In this document: positions 42,651-55,117 of the stretch, in pieces
Layout: the number at the start of each line of letters is the position of its first letter
How positions within the stretch are numbered: position 1 is the stretch's first letter
NCBI GenBank assembly: GCA_001662655.1
Contig: KV460210.1
Strand: one strand, 5' to 3'
Length of the DNA: 64,000 nucleotides
Source of the DNA: Pseudogymnoascus verrucosus
Taxonomy: Eukaryota
Notes under the pieces: model-generated
The model's database searches: none
What the model saw: the letters and a program-made list of their open reading frames with translations, nothing else
What the model was told of the DNA's origin: nothing
Program-made: the position numbers and the translations under genes

Positions 42651-43445
42651 AGTAGTTGGGGATAGATTATTTTAAGAAATGAAGGCGTGCAAGAACGATC
42701 AGGCAGGCATTTAACAGGTATTAGACATCGACCAACTTAGCATAGGCGCTTCTGGTATTTTCCCACCCGTCTATATAACAATAACCTTACAATCTCCTTT
42801 GGAGTTATGGCCTATTATGAGATCTGGGCATGTGGTATAGCTGTCGGGCCCTGGCCAGCCGTATCCGACTAAGCCAAGGGAGTTGACGGCAAACGTGGGG
42901 TTTGAAGGTACCATCCCCACACCCACTTGCAAGATATCCCACAGGCCACATTAGTAAAAGTTAGACGCGGATACTTCCCCGCGCAATATATCCGGCCTCA
43001 AGATGTACAAAAACGGTCAAGTTGTGGGGATGACGACCTCGGCACGCATTGATCCTTCCCCGAGTACTGTATTCGTGGACATTGTGGCACTGGTGGATGA
43101 CGGGAAATCCATTACCCGCGACCCCTCCACACCTTCCGCTGCCCCTCAACCTCACTATCCCACAAGGTATGCCGCCGACTTACTGGAGCTCTCATTGATC
43201 TGCGGATGGGGAAAGGTGTCGGAACCGGAATGGGGATAAACGTGAATGCGATAGCGGTACTTTGAACTTTTTTACTTCTGCGTCCTCAAAGCTGTATTTA
43301 TTTTAACTAATGCCACACAAGCCTCGAATTAATTTACTCTCATCTGATATATCCTTGACCTTCAATTGTTGAAAGCATTGTCAAGTATCATAGTTCTCAG
43401 TTCTAAATACGACTCGTACATTAACCATAGTAGATCAGTGTCAAA

Positions 43446-44878
43446 ATGGCGGACGAAGTGAAGAAGTTGAAGATATGCATCATCGGCGCCGGTATGGAAC
43501 CTATTCTTTGCTGAACGGCTTTGCATGTGGGCATTGGCTGACCGATCTATCTTTACAGGCATGGGCGGGCTGGCTTGCGCCCTAGCATTGGCCAAGAAGG
43601 GATTCCAGGATATTGAAGTGTTTGAGACAGCCTCAAACCTCGGTTTTGTTGGCGCCGGTATCCAACTCGCTCCTAATATGGTGCGAATTCTCGATAGGCT
43701 TGGTGTCTGGGGGGAAGTGGAGAAAGAAGCTGTTATTCTCAAGGAAACAAGCATTAGGCGTGGGTGCCACGCATCCCCCCATGCAATGCCTTGAGCTGAC
43801 CTTAATAGAGGGCGCAACTGACACCGAGTTGGGACATGTGTCACTGGACCATGTCTACAAGACTTACGGCTATTACCACTCGGTCGGCCACAGAGCTTCC
43901 TTAGCAGGTGCTCTGTATAACGGCTGCAAGCGCGAAGAAAGCATCAAATTCCACTTTTCCACAGTCATGGGAGGGGTGACATCTTTCTCTCCAAAGCCAA
44001 CCTTCACAGCTATACCACGAGACGGAGAGCCTTACACAGTCGAGGCCGACATCCTCCTATCCTCCGACGGAGTCAAGAGCACAACCCGAGTCGAAATGCT
44101 CAAACAGATCGGAGCCACCGCAGAGATCATAGACACAAAGCAAGCCGCCTACCGCATCATGCTGACGCGCGACCAAATGAAACACGACCCCGAGCTCCTG
44201 GCCCTCATCGACGGCCAGCGCGCCACCCGCTGGGTCGGCGAAAAGAGGCACATCATCGCATACCCCGTCTCCGGGAACAACATCTACAACCTCTCCACCA
44301 CACAGCCTGATACCAACTTTGCTGCCGCCCCCTCCGAGACCTACACCACCAAGGGCTCGAAATCAGCTATGCTCGGCGTCTTCTCAGACTTCTGCCCGCT
44401 CATCCAGCGCATGCTGAATCTCGTCCCCGAAGGCGAGGTTTGCGAGTGGAAACTCCGCGTGCACTCCCCACTTCCGACCTGGGTCCATGGCTCCGTTGGC
44501 CTGGTAGGCGACGCGTGCCACCCGACGCTACCACATATGAACCAGGGTGCTGCGCAGGCGATCGAAGATGCGGGCGTACTGGGGGAGGTGCTGGCTCTGC
44601 TGCCAGATGGGAGTCCGAAGAGCATCAACAATGCGTTGAGAGTGTACGAGGGGGTGCGAAAGGAGCGGGCGGAAATGCTGGTTGAGCTTGCGGCGGCATC
44701 AGGGCGGGCAATGCATTTGGGAGAAGGGAAGGCGAAGGAGGAGCGTGATAGGGCGTTTAAGGAGGGGAAGGCGGTGCCGGATAAGTGGGCGGATGCGCAG
44801 GTGCAGAAGACGATTTATGGATTTGATTGTATGGAGGTAGCCAAAGAGGCGTTTAAGGAGGAGTTTGGGAAGATGTAA
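43446..44878 (+). CDS. FAD-dependent monooxygenase, salicylate-hydroxylase-like (class A); introns about 43492-43558 and 43760-43808
   Basis: ICIIGA|GMGGLA Rossmann motif, GAGIQLAPN, the DG motif SSDGVKS and the GD motif LVGDACHPTLPHMNQGAAQAIEDA. Confidence 0.92.
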
Positions 44879-45297
44879 GAGCGATCGTGTTTAGTTGCCA
44901 ATATACAAAGCATCAACGTCACGATTTTTGCAGCATAGTATAACTAATACTGTGAATGACTATTCCCATTGCATGATTTAGTCGATATTGGTATGGATTA
45001 GAGAGTAAGTTACATAACTTTATTAAACTTGCCACACAGTGCTATATAAAAAATAGGTCTGAGGCATCGACTACTAGCCTTACAAACTAATCATGGACCA
45101 AGTTATTGTCTTCCAAAATGCAGGGTATCCGAGCCAAGAAGAACATGAGAGTTGCTTCAAAATAATAGCAAACATCCTTAATCAAAGAAAAACTGTGCCT
45201 ACAGTCGGCTGAGATATTGCACATATAGAGGTAAAATAAGCAAGCGACCAAGCGACATGGTTCGCCGAGGCACAAGCACTAACTATACTCGCCACCA

Positions 45298-47122
45298 TTA
45301 AGCCTTTGAGGTCTCTATTCCCTGTGGCTCAATATCTTCCTCTTGTCTGATCTTCCTAAATGAAGGACCGCGCCAATGAACCACTGCTGTGGGAAATATG
45401 CTCACGCCCACAATAAGCGCCACGGCAACACCAGCGCTGGCAGCTACGCCGACGTTTTCGAACATAGCAGGGAACCTAAAGAGATGAAATTAGCTTGGCT
45501 CTCTGTTAAATCGAAGCATATAGTAAATTTATGAATATACGAGAAATGTGCTGGGGATAGAAAGGCTGCATACCAGAACGGCCCAATAAACCCCCACATC
45601 TGGCGCACAAATGTGATAAACACGCCAATGCTAGCTGACTCCTGTGGATGGCAGTCAACGGCATAGGTGATGAGCACGGTGGTAATGATCTGATTCCCGC
45701 CACCGGCAAATGCAATCCCGATGACAGGAGTGATATCCCACTGGAGTTCCGGCGCCTGCGCGGTGCGAACCAAGAAAACTATTATCCCGATGATACCGAG
45801 CATAAATCCCGGGTAGCTAAGCCACAATCTGAACTCCGGTGCTGGCGCGCGACCAATCTTCTTCGCGCGGCGGTTCATCCAGGTATCTGATAGAATGCCA
45901 CCGAGCTGTTCACCAATAACAGAACCAATGATGAGGCCCAGGAATTGAAGGCCGAGCTGTTGGTCGTTGAAGTGGAATTTCTCACCGAAGAGCTGGGGTA
46001 GCTCGACAGTGACGAGGACGCTGCAGAAGAGGAAGGTCATGGCGTAGGCGATGGCAGGGAGGAGGATGCAGAGCTTTCGGCTGAGGAAGAGGGGCTGGAT
46101 GAACTCGTAGGCGCTGATGGGGGAGGGATCGATGCGGCTGAACTGGAGGTATTCTTGCTTGAAGTCCGAGCCGTGATGCGTGACACCGTTGCGAATGTAG
46201 CGGGTTTCAGGGCCGAGAAAGAGGTAGAGGATGAATTGGACGCCGTTGATCTGTTGTCAGGGGTTAGAGAGAGGACTTGGAGTGTGAATGGGGGACTTGC
46301 AATTGCGAGGATCCAGTAGATCCATCTGTAGCCAACGCGCTCGGCGACGAAGCCGAATATGAAGGGTGAGAGAGGCACACCGATGGTGACCAGCAGAGTC
46401 CAGATTCCCATGTACCGGGCACGTTCCTTCTTAAAGAATGTCTCCGTGACAACGGCGCTGCCGATGGCTGCCGGAGGGCTGATGAAGAATGCAACGATGG
46501 CTCTGCATACGGACATCGAGTTATAGCCTGGGCTCTCTGCGCAGCCGATATTGCCTACCAAACTGCAGATGAGAGAGAGCAGGAAGACGGGGCGGCGTCC
46601 ATAACGATGCGAGATTGGCTTCCAGATAAGCGGGGCTACTCCTAGAATGGCGATCTGGAGAGACGTGAGGTATGTGATGTCCTGGAGCGGCCTGCCTAAA
46701 TCCTTTGCCATGGTTTGATAGGCAGGAATAATGGAAGCCGCAATGAAGGTCGACATGCAAGCGTGGAACGCAACGAGAATGAGATTGATAACTTTCTGCA
46801 AAGTGGCACTTGAGTTAGTCAAGCTAGAAGAATCCGTAGAAGTAAGGCAACATACCTTCGACGAGGTCCAGTTATAGGGGTCTGCATCTCCCATTCCTGG
46901 AACTGGGTCAAGCTCCAAGGTGCCATGGCGCTGCATCAGGTATTCTCGATGTTCTGGGGAAAGTGCATCAGTAGTTTTGGGATGCACATAGGCGCCGCTC
47001 TCTCCCGTAAGTTCTATGTCCTCGCTATGCTCTGCGCTGGGTTTCCCTGGGCCGTTGTTGCCATTACTGGGCAGTCCAGCAAGGGCTTGGCTGAGACCTT
47101 TTTCGTCTGTTGAGATCGCCAT
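45298..47122 (-). CDS. MFS transporter (DHA1-like), multi-exon
   Basis: DPYNW, motif A WKPISHRYGRRPVFL, ERARYMGIW, PETRY and PEFRLW, with multiple TM segments. The last exon ends IETSKA* at 45298. Confidence 0.9.
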
Positions 47123-48044
47123 GACTCGCAGTTCAAAAGAAGCTTAAAATACAAACAAAACACTGGCAATTGCCTCGATTGAGGTTCTCACGGGATCTCC
47201 GGGTAGCAAACTGTAGGAATTGTCCTAAGGGGTTATGACGCAAGCCGTGGGAAGCTACAGCCTTTTAGAAAGAATAAAAGGACTGTAGAACAGCATGAGA
47301 TATGTGTGATGGGTGAACTATCGCAGGTTCCAAGAGCTCCTTTTATGGCTCATCTACCGCGTTTTGTAGCATAGGACCGGAGCTAATATGATAACCATGT
47401 CGAAAGCCGGGGACCAGGACAGTTTACGGCCAAAAGGTGGAGTCCCCGCATGCTTCATCGCCGTTTCCCCACGTCAACCCCTCACAATCAATGGACCACA
47501 GCCATCTCCACAGTCTTCCCCACAATGCATCTCAATGTAATTCCACGTGGAAAAGTGGGAAAGTGGGAGGAAGTATGGACGCGGAATCTTCCATGTCCTC
47601 CGCGGAGAACTCTGTGTTCGACTCTGTATTGTTATCCGTTCCCCCGCAAATGGATTGGTGGGCCACAGCCGCCGTCATAAACGTCTGAATCCACAGTAGA
47701 AAGTTAGTTTATCTGGGGAAAGTTAGAGCTCCTGGTATCGAACGACACTTTTCGGCATCTATTTATCTGCGCCGAGACATGGCCGCGCGCCCAGCTCCAT
47801 CAAACCGGTAGATCCTCGGCGTGCCTGATTCGACCAATGTGGAGGCCTGTGCTGTGTCTGGGCAAGGCTTAATAAAACCAAGAAAGACCAAGTCCGAACG
47901 ACGCCACTTTCTGCTCCATTATGATGTTAATAAATCGCCCTTAGTTGCTGACTGATGCGGCGGCAGTAGGCGACGGGAACGTCTACCCTTATAGTACCGC
48001 GGAACCACCCACTTTTTCACACAAGGAAGGTAGCAAGAACAACG

Positions 48045-50465
48045 ATGGAATGTAGATATTGCCGAAAGACATTCTCCAAGGGAGAGCATTTGAGGGTAAG
48101 TTATAACTAGCGCTGCGCCTCGAATCAATTATTAATGGGTCACTTAGAGACATGAACGCTGCCGTAAGAAACCGCCCGTTGTTTCCTTGACAAATGGTCA
48201 CCAATGCTTAACAATTGGAACATTCCATACCCGATTGCCCACGGCTAACAGTTGGATGCAAAGATACTGGATCTCGCCCCTTCGTTTGCGCCGACTGCAA
48301 AAGACCCTTTGCGCGGCAGGATGCCTTGATTCGCCACGAGAGACTGCACACGCGCAAGGAAGGCGCAGAATATGCCTCCCCTGCCTCAAGCGCTGCCACT
48401 CAGGCGCCGGCGGTGCCGACATCTATGTCTCAAATCGTCAACACCGGTGTTAGGAGAACTGCGCCCAGTGCTGAGGTTGGAACGCCAGAGCAAACGTGGA
48501 TGGAGCAGCAGTCCATGAACTCGGATGTGCCAGATATGCTCCAGGCCCCCGACATCGGATCGGATCTGATATGGCCCGATTCGGAAACGTTATTTCAGAC
48601 AATCATGTCGATGGATTCGACGAACCAGTGGCAGATGCCTCTGGGTACGCTGCCATTCTTGCCTGGTGTTCAGCAGGCGGGTAGCGATATCTGTGACAGC
48701 CAGAGCAACAACTTCAAATCTCCGGACTCATTTGACGACCGCGGGCCGGCTATTAGTGCTATCCCATCCGGAGGAAGCCATCGTGCTGTGCACGATGTTA
48801 GTAAAATGGTCTCCAACTTAGTAAGCCCCTGAATACCTTGCGCACCATGTTTTATAGCTCACCATATGGTTAGTCTTCAAGTGTGACAGCGGCAATAGAA
48901 GCTACTTCTATCACTTCTGTTTTCCTAGACGAATGTCTGCATATGTTTTTCGTCCGTTTCATCCCCACATTCCCCGTCTTGCACCGCGCAACATTTGTAT
49001 TCCGAGAGAGTACGCAGCCATTACTACTCAATGCTATGGCAATTGGCTCCTTATATCTTGGCCCTAAAGATTCGATTGCGAAGGGCGAGGCCTTATGGCG
49101 GCTGGCACATATTGCTGTTGCTACCAACTGGGAAACATTAATTACACACCGTGGACCATATGACTCCTGTAAAGGGGTTCAGCTTGTTCTGACCGCATTA
49201 TTGGGGCAAGTGTATGGTGCATTATCAAAGGTATTTGACTCGACCCAGCGATATAAGACAGGATGCTCATACATCAACTTTAGAACAGGGACGTCCGAAC
49301 CACGAGCCAGGCATTCCATGCAATTGGCTTCTTTTGGGCCAGACACTGCGGAATGTTTGATAACCCCCCATACCCAACAACCAACCTACCACCGCTCAAT
49401 GCGCCAGAGGCGACGATAGACCAAGAATGGAGGATATGGACAGCCAGAGAGATCCAACAACGAGCGCTACTGGGCCATTACGTGCTCGATGGCCTCACAG
49501 CTCGCATGTCTGGAAGGCCAACTTCGGTTCGCCACGCCGCCAATTCCCTAAATATTCCCAGCGGCGAAGCAGCTTTCGAAGCGAGCACAGGCGTAGCCTG
49601 GCTGAACTGCATGCGCTCTGAAAACCCAAACCCACCAACATTCCGAAGCATATTCTCCTCGCTCTTCTCCCTCCAATCGCCGCCCCCCACAACCCTTACA
49701 TTCTCCGCCTTCTCCTTCCGCGTTATCCTGGAAGGTCTCCAATCCCTCGTCTCCGACTGCGCCGATGACCATGCCACCGTCGGCGTTCCCGCCAAACCTG
49801 AAGTTCGCAACGCCCTCCTTCAGGTCTACACCTGGATCACAGCAAGCACACACCTCCCCAGCGCTGACACCCTGGAGATCTTGCTCCAATGGCACACTAC
49901 CTGCCTCAACGCATGCATTGACTCCTCTCTCCTATGCCGACACATCTGCGCACGCTACTCCATTCCGCAGCACGTCTGGGGTGGTAGTCAAGCTGCCATC
50001 CCTGGCCTCGATCTCGTCAAGTGGGCGAACTCAGAAGATTCCCGTACGGCGCTTTTGCACGCCATCGCGATCCAAGAGATGGTTGAGCAGCTTCCGAGGG
50101 GACGGGCGCATGTAATTCACATCCCTAGCTGTCTGTTTTCAGCAGCGACGATATTTAGTGTTTTTGCGCTGGCGGGGATTGCGCAGGTGAACCTGCCGAG
50201 CGTGGTGGATTGGAAGTACCTTGTGTCACGAGCTGATGATGCATCGGTGGCGATGACAGCATTGGCGGAGGCGAGTGTGAGTTCGGAGACGAAGAGGTTT
50301 GTGATGGGGGAGCATCCGTCGATGTTTGGGGTGGGAGGGGCGACGAGGAATTTGATGTATGAGTTGAATTCGATGCAGAAGCTGTTTAGATGCTTGACAT
50401 CGCAATGGGGGATTTCGATTGATATGGAGGTTGTTATGGATCAGTGGATTGCGCTTTGTCATTGA
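48045..50465 (+). CDS. Transcription factor with two N-terminal C2H2 zinc fingers and a fungal-specific TF domain
   Basis: Exon 1 reads MECRYCRKTFSKGEHLR, then a 16-nt microexon (RHERC), then HTGSRPFVCADCKRPFARQDALIRHERLH. Later FFVRFIPTFPVLHRATF is typical of the fungal TF middle-homology region. Confidence 0.88.
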
Positions 50466-50665
50466 GTAGGTTCTGGAATAATCATGGCTGAACAAAGATA
50501 TCATTTATTATCATATGTGTATTCATAATGTGAAGTGTGTGTGAAGGAAGTGAAAGCCTCGCAGCCGCCTCGAAAGCCTCAAGCAACAAAGCTTCGTCAG
50601 GGGCTCGAACGTGCCACCTCCTTCCACCTCCTTCCTCAAAAACAAGCAAAAAAAATATAAAAACA

Positions 50666-50806
50666 TATCCAGACCCAGACTCGAACTGGGGTACTCCGTC
50701 GGTTCTCAACCTCAAACTCGGGGTGCTTGCCGAAGGCGAGTTTGGATGCTATCCAAAACCGGTTGATAATTGAGGGACGAACATCTTACCACTAGACCAT
50801 CCAGCC
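50666..50806 (-). tRNA. Atypical intron-containing tRNA or tRNA-like gene; anticodon most simply CTC (Glu), about 70-nt intron at 50701-50770
   Basis: A box TGGTCTAGTGG, D stem GTCT/AGAT, anticodon stem TTCGT/ACGGA, T arm CCCAG-TTCGAGT-CTGGG and downstream T5 and T8 terminators. The acceptor stem is weak and position 33 is C. Confidence 0.65.
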
Positions 50807-51147
50807 TTTTGAATTAAAGAGCATGCGTATAAAACGCTATATACACCGGACGTCTTGCATAGGGGTAGGATTAGTAAAGAGGGGGGGGGTGTATGTGTTT
50901 GGAGAGTAGCTACACATCACACACCTCGAGGTGTTGGAGCCCCGAGGGGCATGACCCGGTCATAGACCCAGACGAAAAGCACGCCAGCTTAAAGACTCTC
51001 GTCCGGATTTTACATCCTATAGCTTGGGATAGTCGCAGCGTAAACATATACAAAATATATATCTGTAATTTAAAGGCCATCTATCCGCCCAAATATCTAC
51101 AACCAACACCAACCCATATATACACAGCACCGCACCCGTTATACCCA

Positions 51148-51647
51148 TCACTCCGCAACAAGCCCTGGCCACTTCTCAATGATATACTCCACCACAGCAT
51201 CCGGTCCTTTCTCGACCTGTAATCCTTGTGGCAGCGCCATCGTCTTAATCCCTGGCTTCGTCTCTCGTGCAATTGCCTGGATCCTATCGCTCTCCTCGGG
51301 CGTCCACATCGATGCACAGAACTGTTGTAGTTAGCGCCTACTCACTCATTCTCAGCTGGGTTATTCCTAGCGGACTTACCAAAACGTCTGGCTGGTTCTT
51401 CTCAACCAAGTCTTTCACTTCATCGATAGCTGCCCATTCGTCAGCAGCTGCGTTTATCACCTAAAAGAAGGAGAGACTGCTGGTGAACAGTAAGGAAAAG
51501 CGTACTCTCAGCATTAGCAGCGTGGATAATCGTGTAATCCGCCTTCACATCCTCAACCACGCGCCCAATAAGTCTCTTCGCACGCTCGGGGGCCTTGTTG
51601 ACCGTGACCAGCTTGAAAGGACCAAGGGGCTTGTTCGTGTCTGCCAT
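51148..51647 (-). CDS. Small conserved fungal protein of unknown function (3 exons)
   Basis: MADTNKPLGPFKLVTVNKAPERAKRLIGRVVEDVKADYTIIHAANAE|…IDEVKDLVEKNQPDVL|FCASMWTPEE…KTMALPQGLQVEKGPDAVVEYIIEKWPGLVAE*, with GT-AG introns and branch points. Confidence 0.8.
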
Positions 51648-52379
51648 ATTTGCAGCTGATAATTTCGAGACTTGAAGCACAATAAAAAAAAGCTGTAGTA
51701 TATTCGTATGTTCGGTTTAATTCGCAGCGGTAATTATAGATTTCTCAAAGTATGTAAAACAACGAGGGGGAAATGGTTATATTGTATTACGCCATCCGTC
51801 TAGCTCATGCCGCGGCCCTGTCTACCTGCCTCTCTCTCAAGGAGGGGCTGCGGCATCGGAATCCCATCCCACACACGGCATATCTCCATGTAGAAGATAT
51901 CTCGGCTGCCTCGCTATACTGTTTGACACGAACTCGCCTCAATTCCTTCCGTCCGTCGTCATCCCCACGCGCCTTCGAAATGTAAGATCACTGCCACCGC
52001 GGCCTCTGAATCCCCTAGCTCTCCACAACAGCCACTGTGGGGACCCCTGTCGTACGGAGGTGGGGATGTGTTCGGGGGTCCAGGGGTCGGGTATCTCTTC
52101 TCCCGGTGGACCCCTCACTATTAGTCAGCCGATTTAGGGAGGGGGAAATCACGTGCTAGGCTCCGAATCGGGGCCTCTATTGAGAGCTGTTTGTGGATTG
52201 ATAGCTGTTGATTATAGAAGAAGGGCCAATTTTTTGATTATTTGAGGCTCAAGTGCATATTTAGTCTGGGCATTATTACAGTGAAAGATATAGCAACGCC
52301 AAGTTTCCGTTTTTTTGCGATAACAGCAAGCAAGCACCTTGAGACCTCTCCGTCCAGCTTACAAATATAACGCTTCAAG

Positions 52380-53601
52380 ATGGCAGCAGCTTCATTCAAT
52401 CGCAAGTACTCTAAACAAACCGGAAAGCGCTATCCCTGCATATTTCTAACACTCAGCACAGGTCTAGTACGCTTCATCCCCAAAGCAGACAGCTCAGCGA
52501 TCCTCCTCGGCCAGCCCGCCGACAGCGCCTTGGACGTCGGTGCAGCTCTGCGCGCTGGGAAGGAAGTCCTCGTTGATATCTTCAGCGGCAAGTCTGTGAT
52601 TAGCCCCGGGTCGAAGACGGGGAAGACAGAGTCGATAGGGAGGCTTTTGTCGCCGCTTGCGCAGGAGGAGGTTGGCACGATAAGATGTATTGGGCTTAAT
52701 GTGTGTGATCTTGCGAATTTGTCCTTCGGGGAGCTATGAGGAGTGTCAGCTGACAGGATTTATAGTACGCTCAGCATGCGAAGGAGGTCAAGATGGCGTT
52801 GCCGACTCTGCCTACCCTATTTCTGTATGCAATTCATCTCCGCCCTCAGCAAGAGCGTATGATCTAACTTTATTTCCCCTTCACCAGCAAGCCGGAAACT
52901 GCCCTAGCAGACCCCTGGCCAACGCCTTTCACGATCCCCAAATCCACGATTGGAGATGACACCACCGACTTCGAGTCTGAGCTCGCTATTGTTATCGGTC
53001 GTCCAGCGAAGGATGTTTCGGAGGCTGACGCGCTTGACTACGTCTTGGGCTACACGGCGGCGAACGACATCTCAGCTCGCAATGCCCAGTTCGCACAAAC
53101 GCAGTGGTGTTTCTCGAAGGGTTTTGATGGCGCGTGTCCGATTGGTACGTTCATAATGAAGGCCATGTTTAGATAGTCAGCTATGGATTGTTACTGACAA
53201 CGAACATAGGCCCCGTGTTGATCTCCAGCAAGGAGTACGACGTGAGCAAGCTTCGAGTCCGCGGCATCAAGAATGGACGAGTCTTGCAAGACTGTGGGAC
53301 CGAGTAAGTGATCCCCTATTCTTATTCCCAATCTTCTTACTGTCGGTCATTGATGGCATTTATGAACATGATCGATACTGACATCGTCAAAAGTGACCTG
53401 ATCTTCTCCGTCGCCAAGATCGTGAGCTTCCTCTCGCAGGGAACGACGTTGAAGCCTGGAACGGTCATCTTGACTGGCACTCCTGCGGGTGTGGGCCACG
53501 GTTTCTCGCCGAAGGAGTATCTCCGTGACGGCGACGAGTTCTCTGTTGAGATCTTGCCGGGTATCGGGACATTGACGACGGCGTTTGTCAATGAGAAATA
53601 G
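52380..53601 (+). CDS. Fumarylacetoacetate-hydrolase (FAH) superfamily protein, multi-exon
   Basis: [47 protein letters not shown] and [16 protein letters not shown] motifs. Confidence 0.92.
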
Positions 53602-55117
53602 AGTGACAGAGTTCAGCAATCGATAAGTATTACAGCTTGATTAGATCACTGGACAGATTTTAGGCGGTGATAGTATGATAATCTGTACATAGAATATATT
53701 ATCATGCCGATTCACGGCTATATTGCGTCTTGCATTGAGCCATTTTACTGCTCCTTTACGGTCTGTCTGGATGATGTCTCGAAGTCAAGCAGGTGCTGGA
53801 AAGGGGGGGCCTTCCGCTGCCTTCCACATCTTGAATCTAGACCAAACCTTGAAGGGGCCTTTGACTCACTCTACCTCAGTTGCATTGTTGGAGGGGCGGT
53901 CTGCCTTGCTGTACTCACGTGGATGGTTAGACACGAACTTTGCCTCACTCCTGTTGTTCGAGCCCCCCTGAACCAACGAACCGAAGGCATCTATCCGGAG
54001 GCGTGTGTGTGAATTGCTTTAATCATGTTTGGTAAGTGTTACTCGTTTCCTTCCGTTCAAAACGTGTCAGTTCCCAACAACAGCCTCGAGGTTCAGATCA
54101 CCGCCACTATCCCTGAGTTGGATACTCTGTCGTGCCAACAAAGGCATCAACACTCCACCACGGTGTGATGATACCTTTATCGGGCACGGAACAGCACAGC
54201 TGTCTTAGTTAGCGCGAGCACAGGGGTCTCGTACCTTACCCATCACAAACGCATTCCCTGAGCCGCGTTGGACTTTGCCGCGAATCTGGGTCTGTGTCGA
54301 AGCCCGTGTCTCGAGTTCTCCGCCAAACAATAGTAAGCAGGCGAGAGGAGGTGGCATTGCTCATTCCACATCCCGTCCGAGTGGATGCCTCGTCAGCAAC
54401 GCATGCGATGTGTGTGTGCCATTTGGGCGGGGAAAATACTTGATAGGAGTTTTATTGCTTGAGGCGTCGGCTGTAGGATTCCGAAGAATGCGCCTCTCAT
54501 ATCAGTTATCTATTTGGTTGATCGGTCAGCTAGCTGGGAGCATTGGCCACTGCTCATTATTCGCGGTGGGGAAATATGTGACTAGCTGAGAGCATCTGCA
54601 GATCGTGGTCTGGCTCTGTATCTCACGTGGGTAGGCCTCGGTGAGGGGTGAGTCCAACACACAACAGGGAGAGCAAAGGAAGGTGTGAGACTTGACTTCC
54701 CCTCGCATACTATGGTCATAGCCTACTGAGTGACAGGAGGAGAGACTTCTGTCTTGACATTATGAAGCAAGCATAGAGAGATTTGGACCCCAAACAAACA
54801 AGCTATGGATCTGCACGGTTGAGGTCGGCACATGAGTGATTTCCCACCTTGCCAGCACGGTAGACAAGGGCATAGACAAGGGAAGCTGTTCAAGGCAGTC
54901 AGCGTTACATCTTCCGGCTTCGCATCGCCGTCACCGGTTCGGGAATGTATGCAACTCGATGGGGATGCCCTTGCCGTGACCTGTCTCTCGCGCCTGGCCG
55001 ATCTAGCCACTGCGAAGCCGTTATGCGTCCCGACAACCTGGTATCCCGATATCAGTTAACCATGTTCTGTTAGTGGCGATCATGTCGATGTCTTTCTAGC
55101 GGCGATACGGCGAGGGA

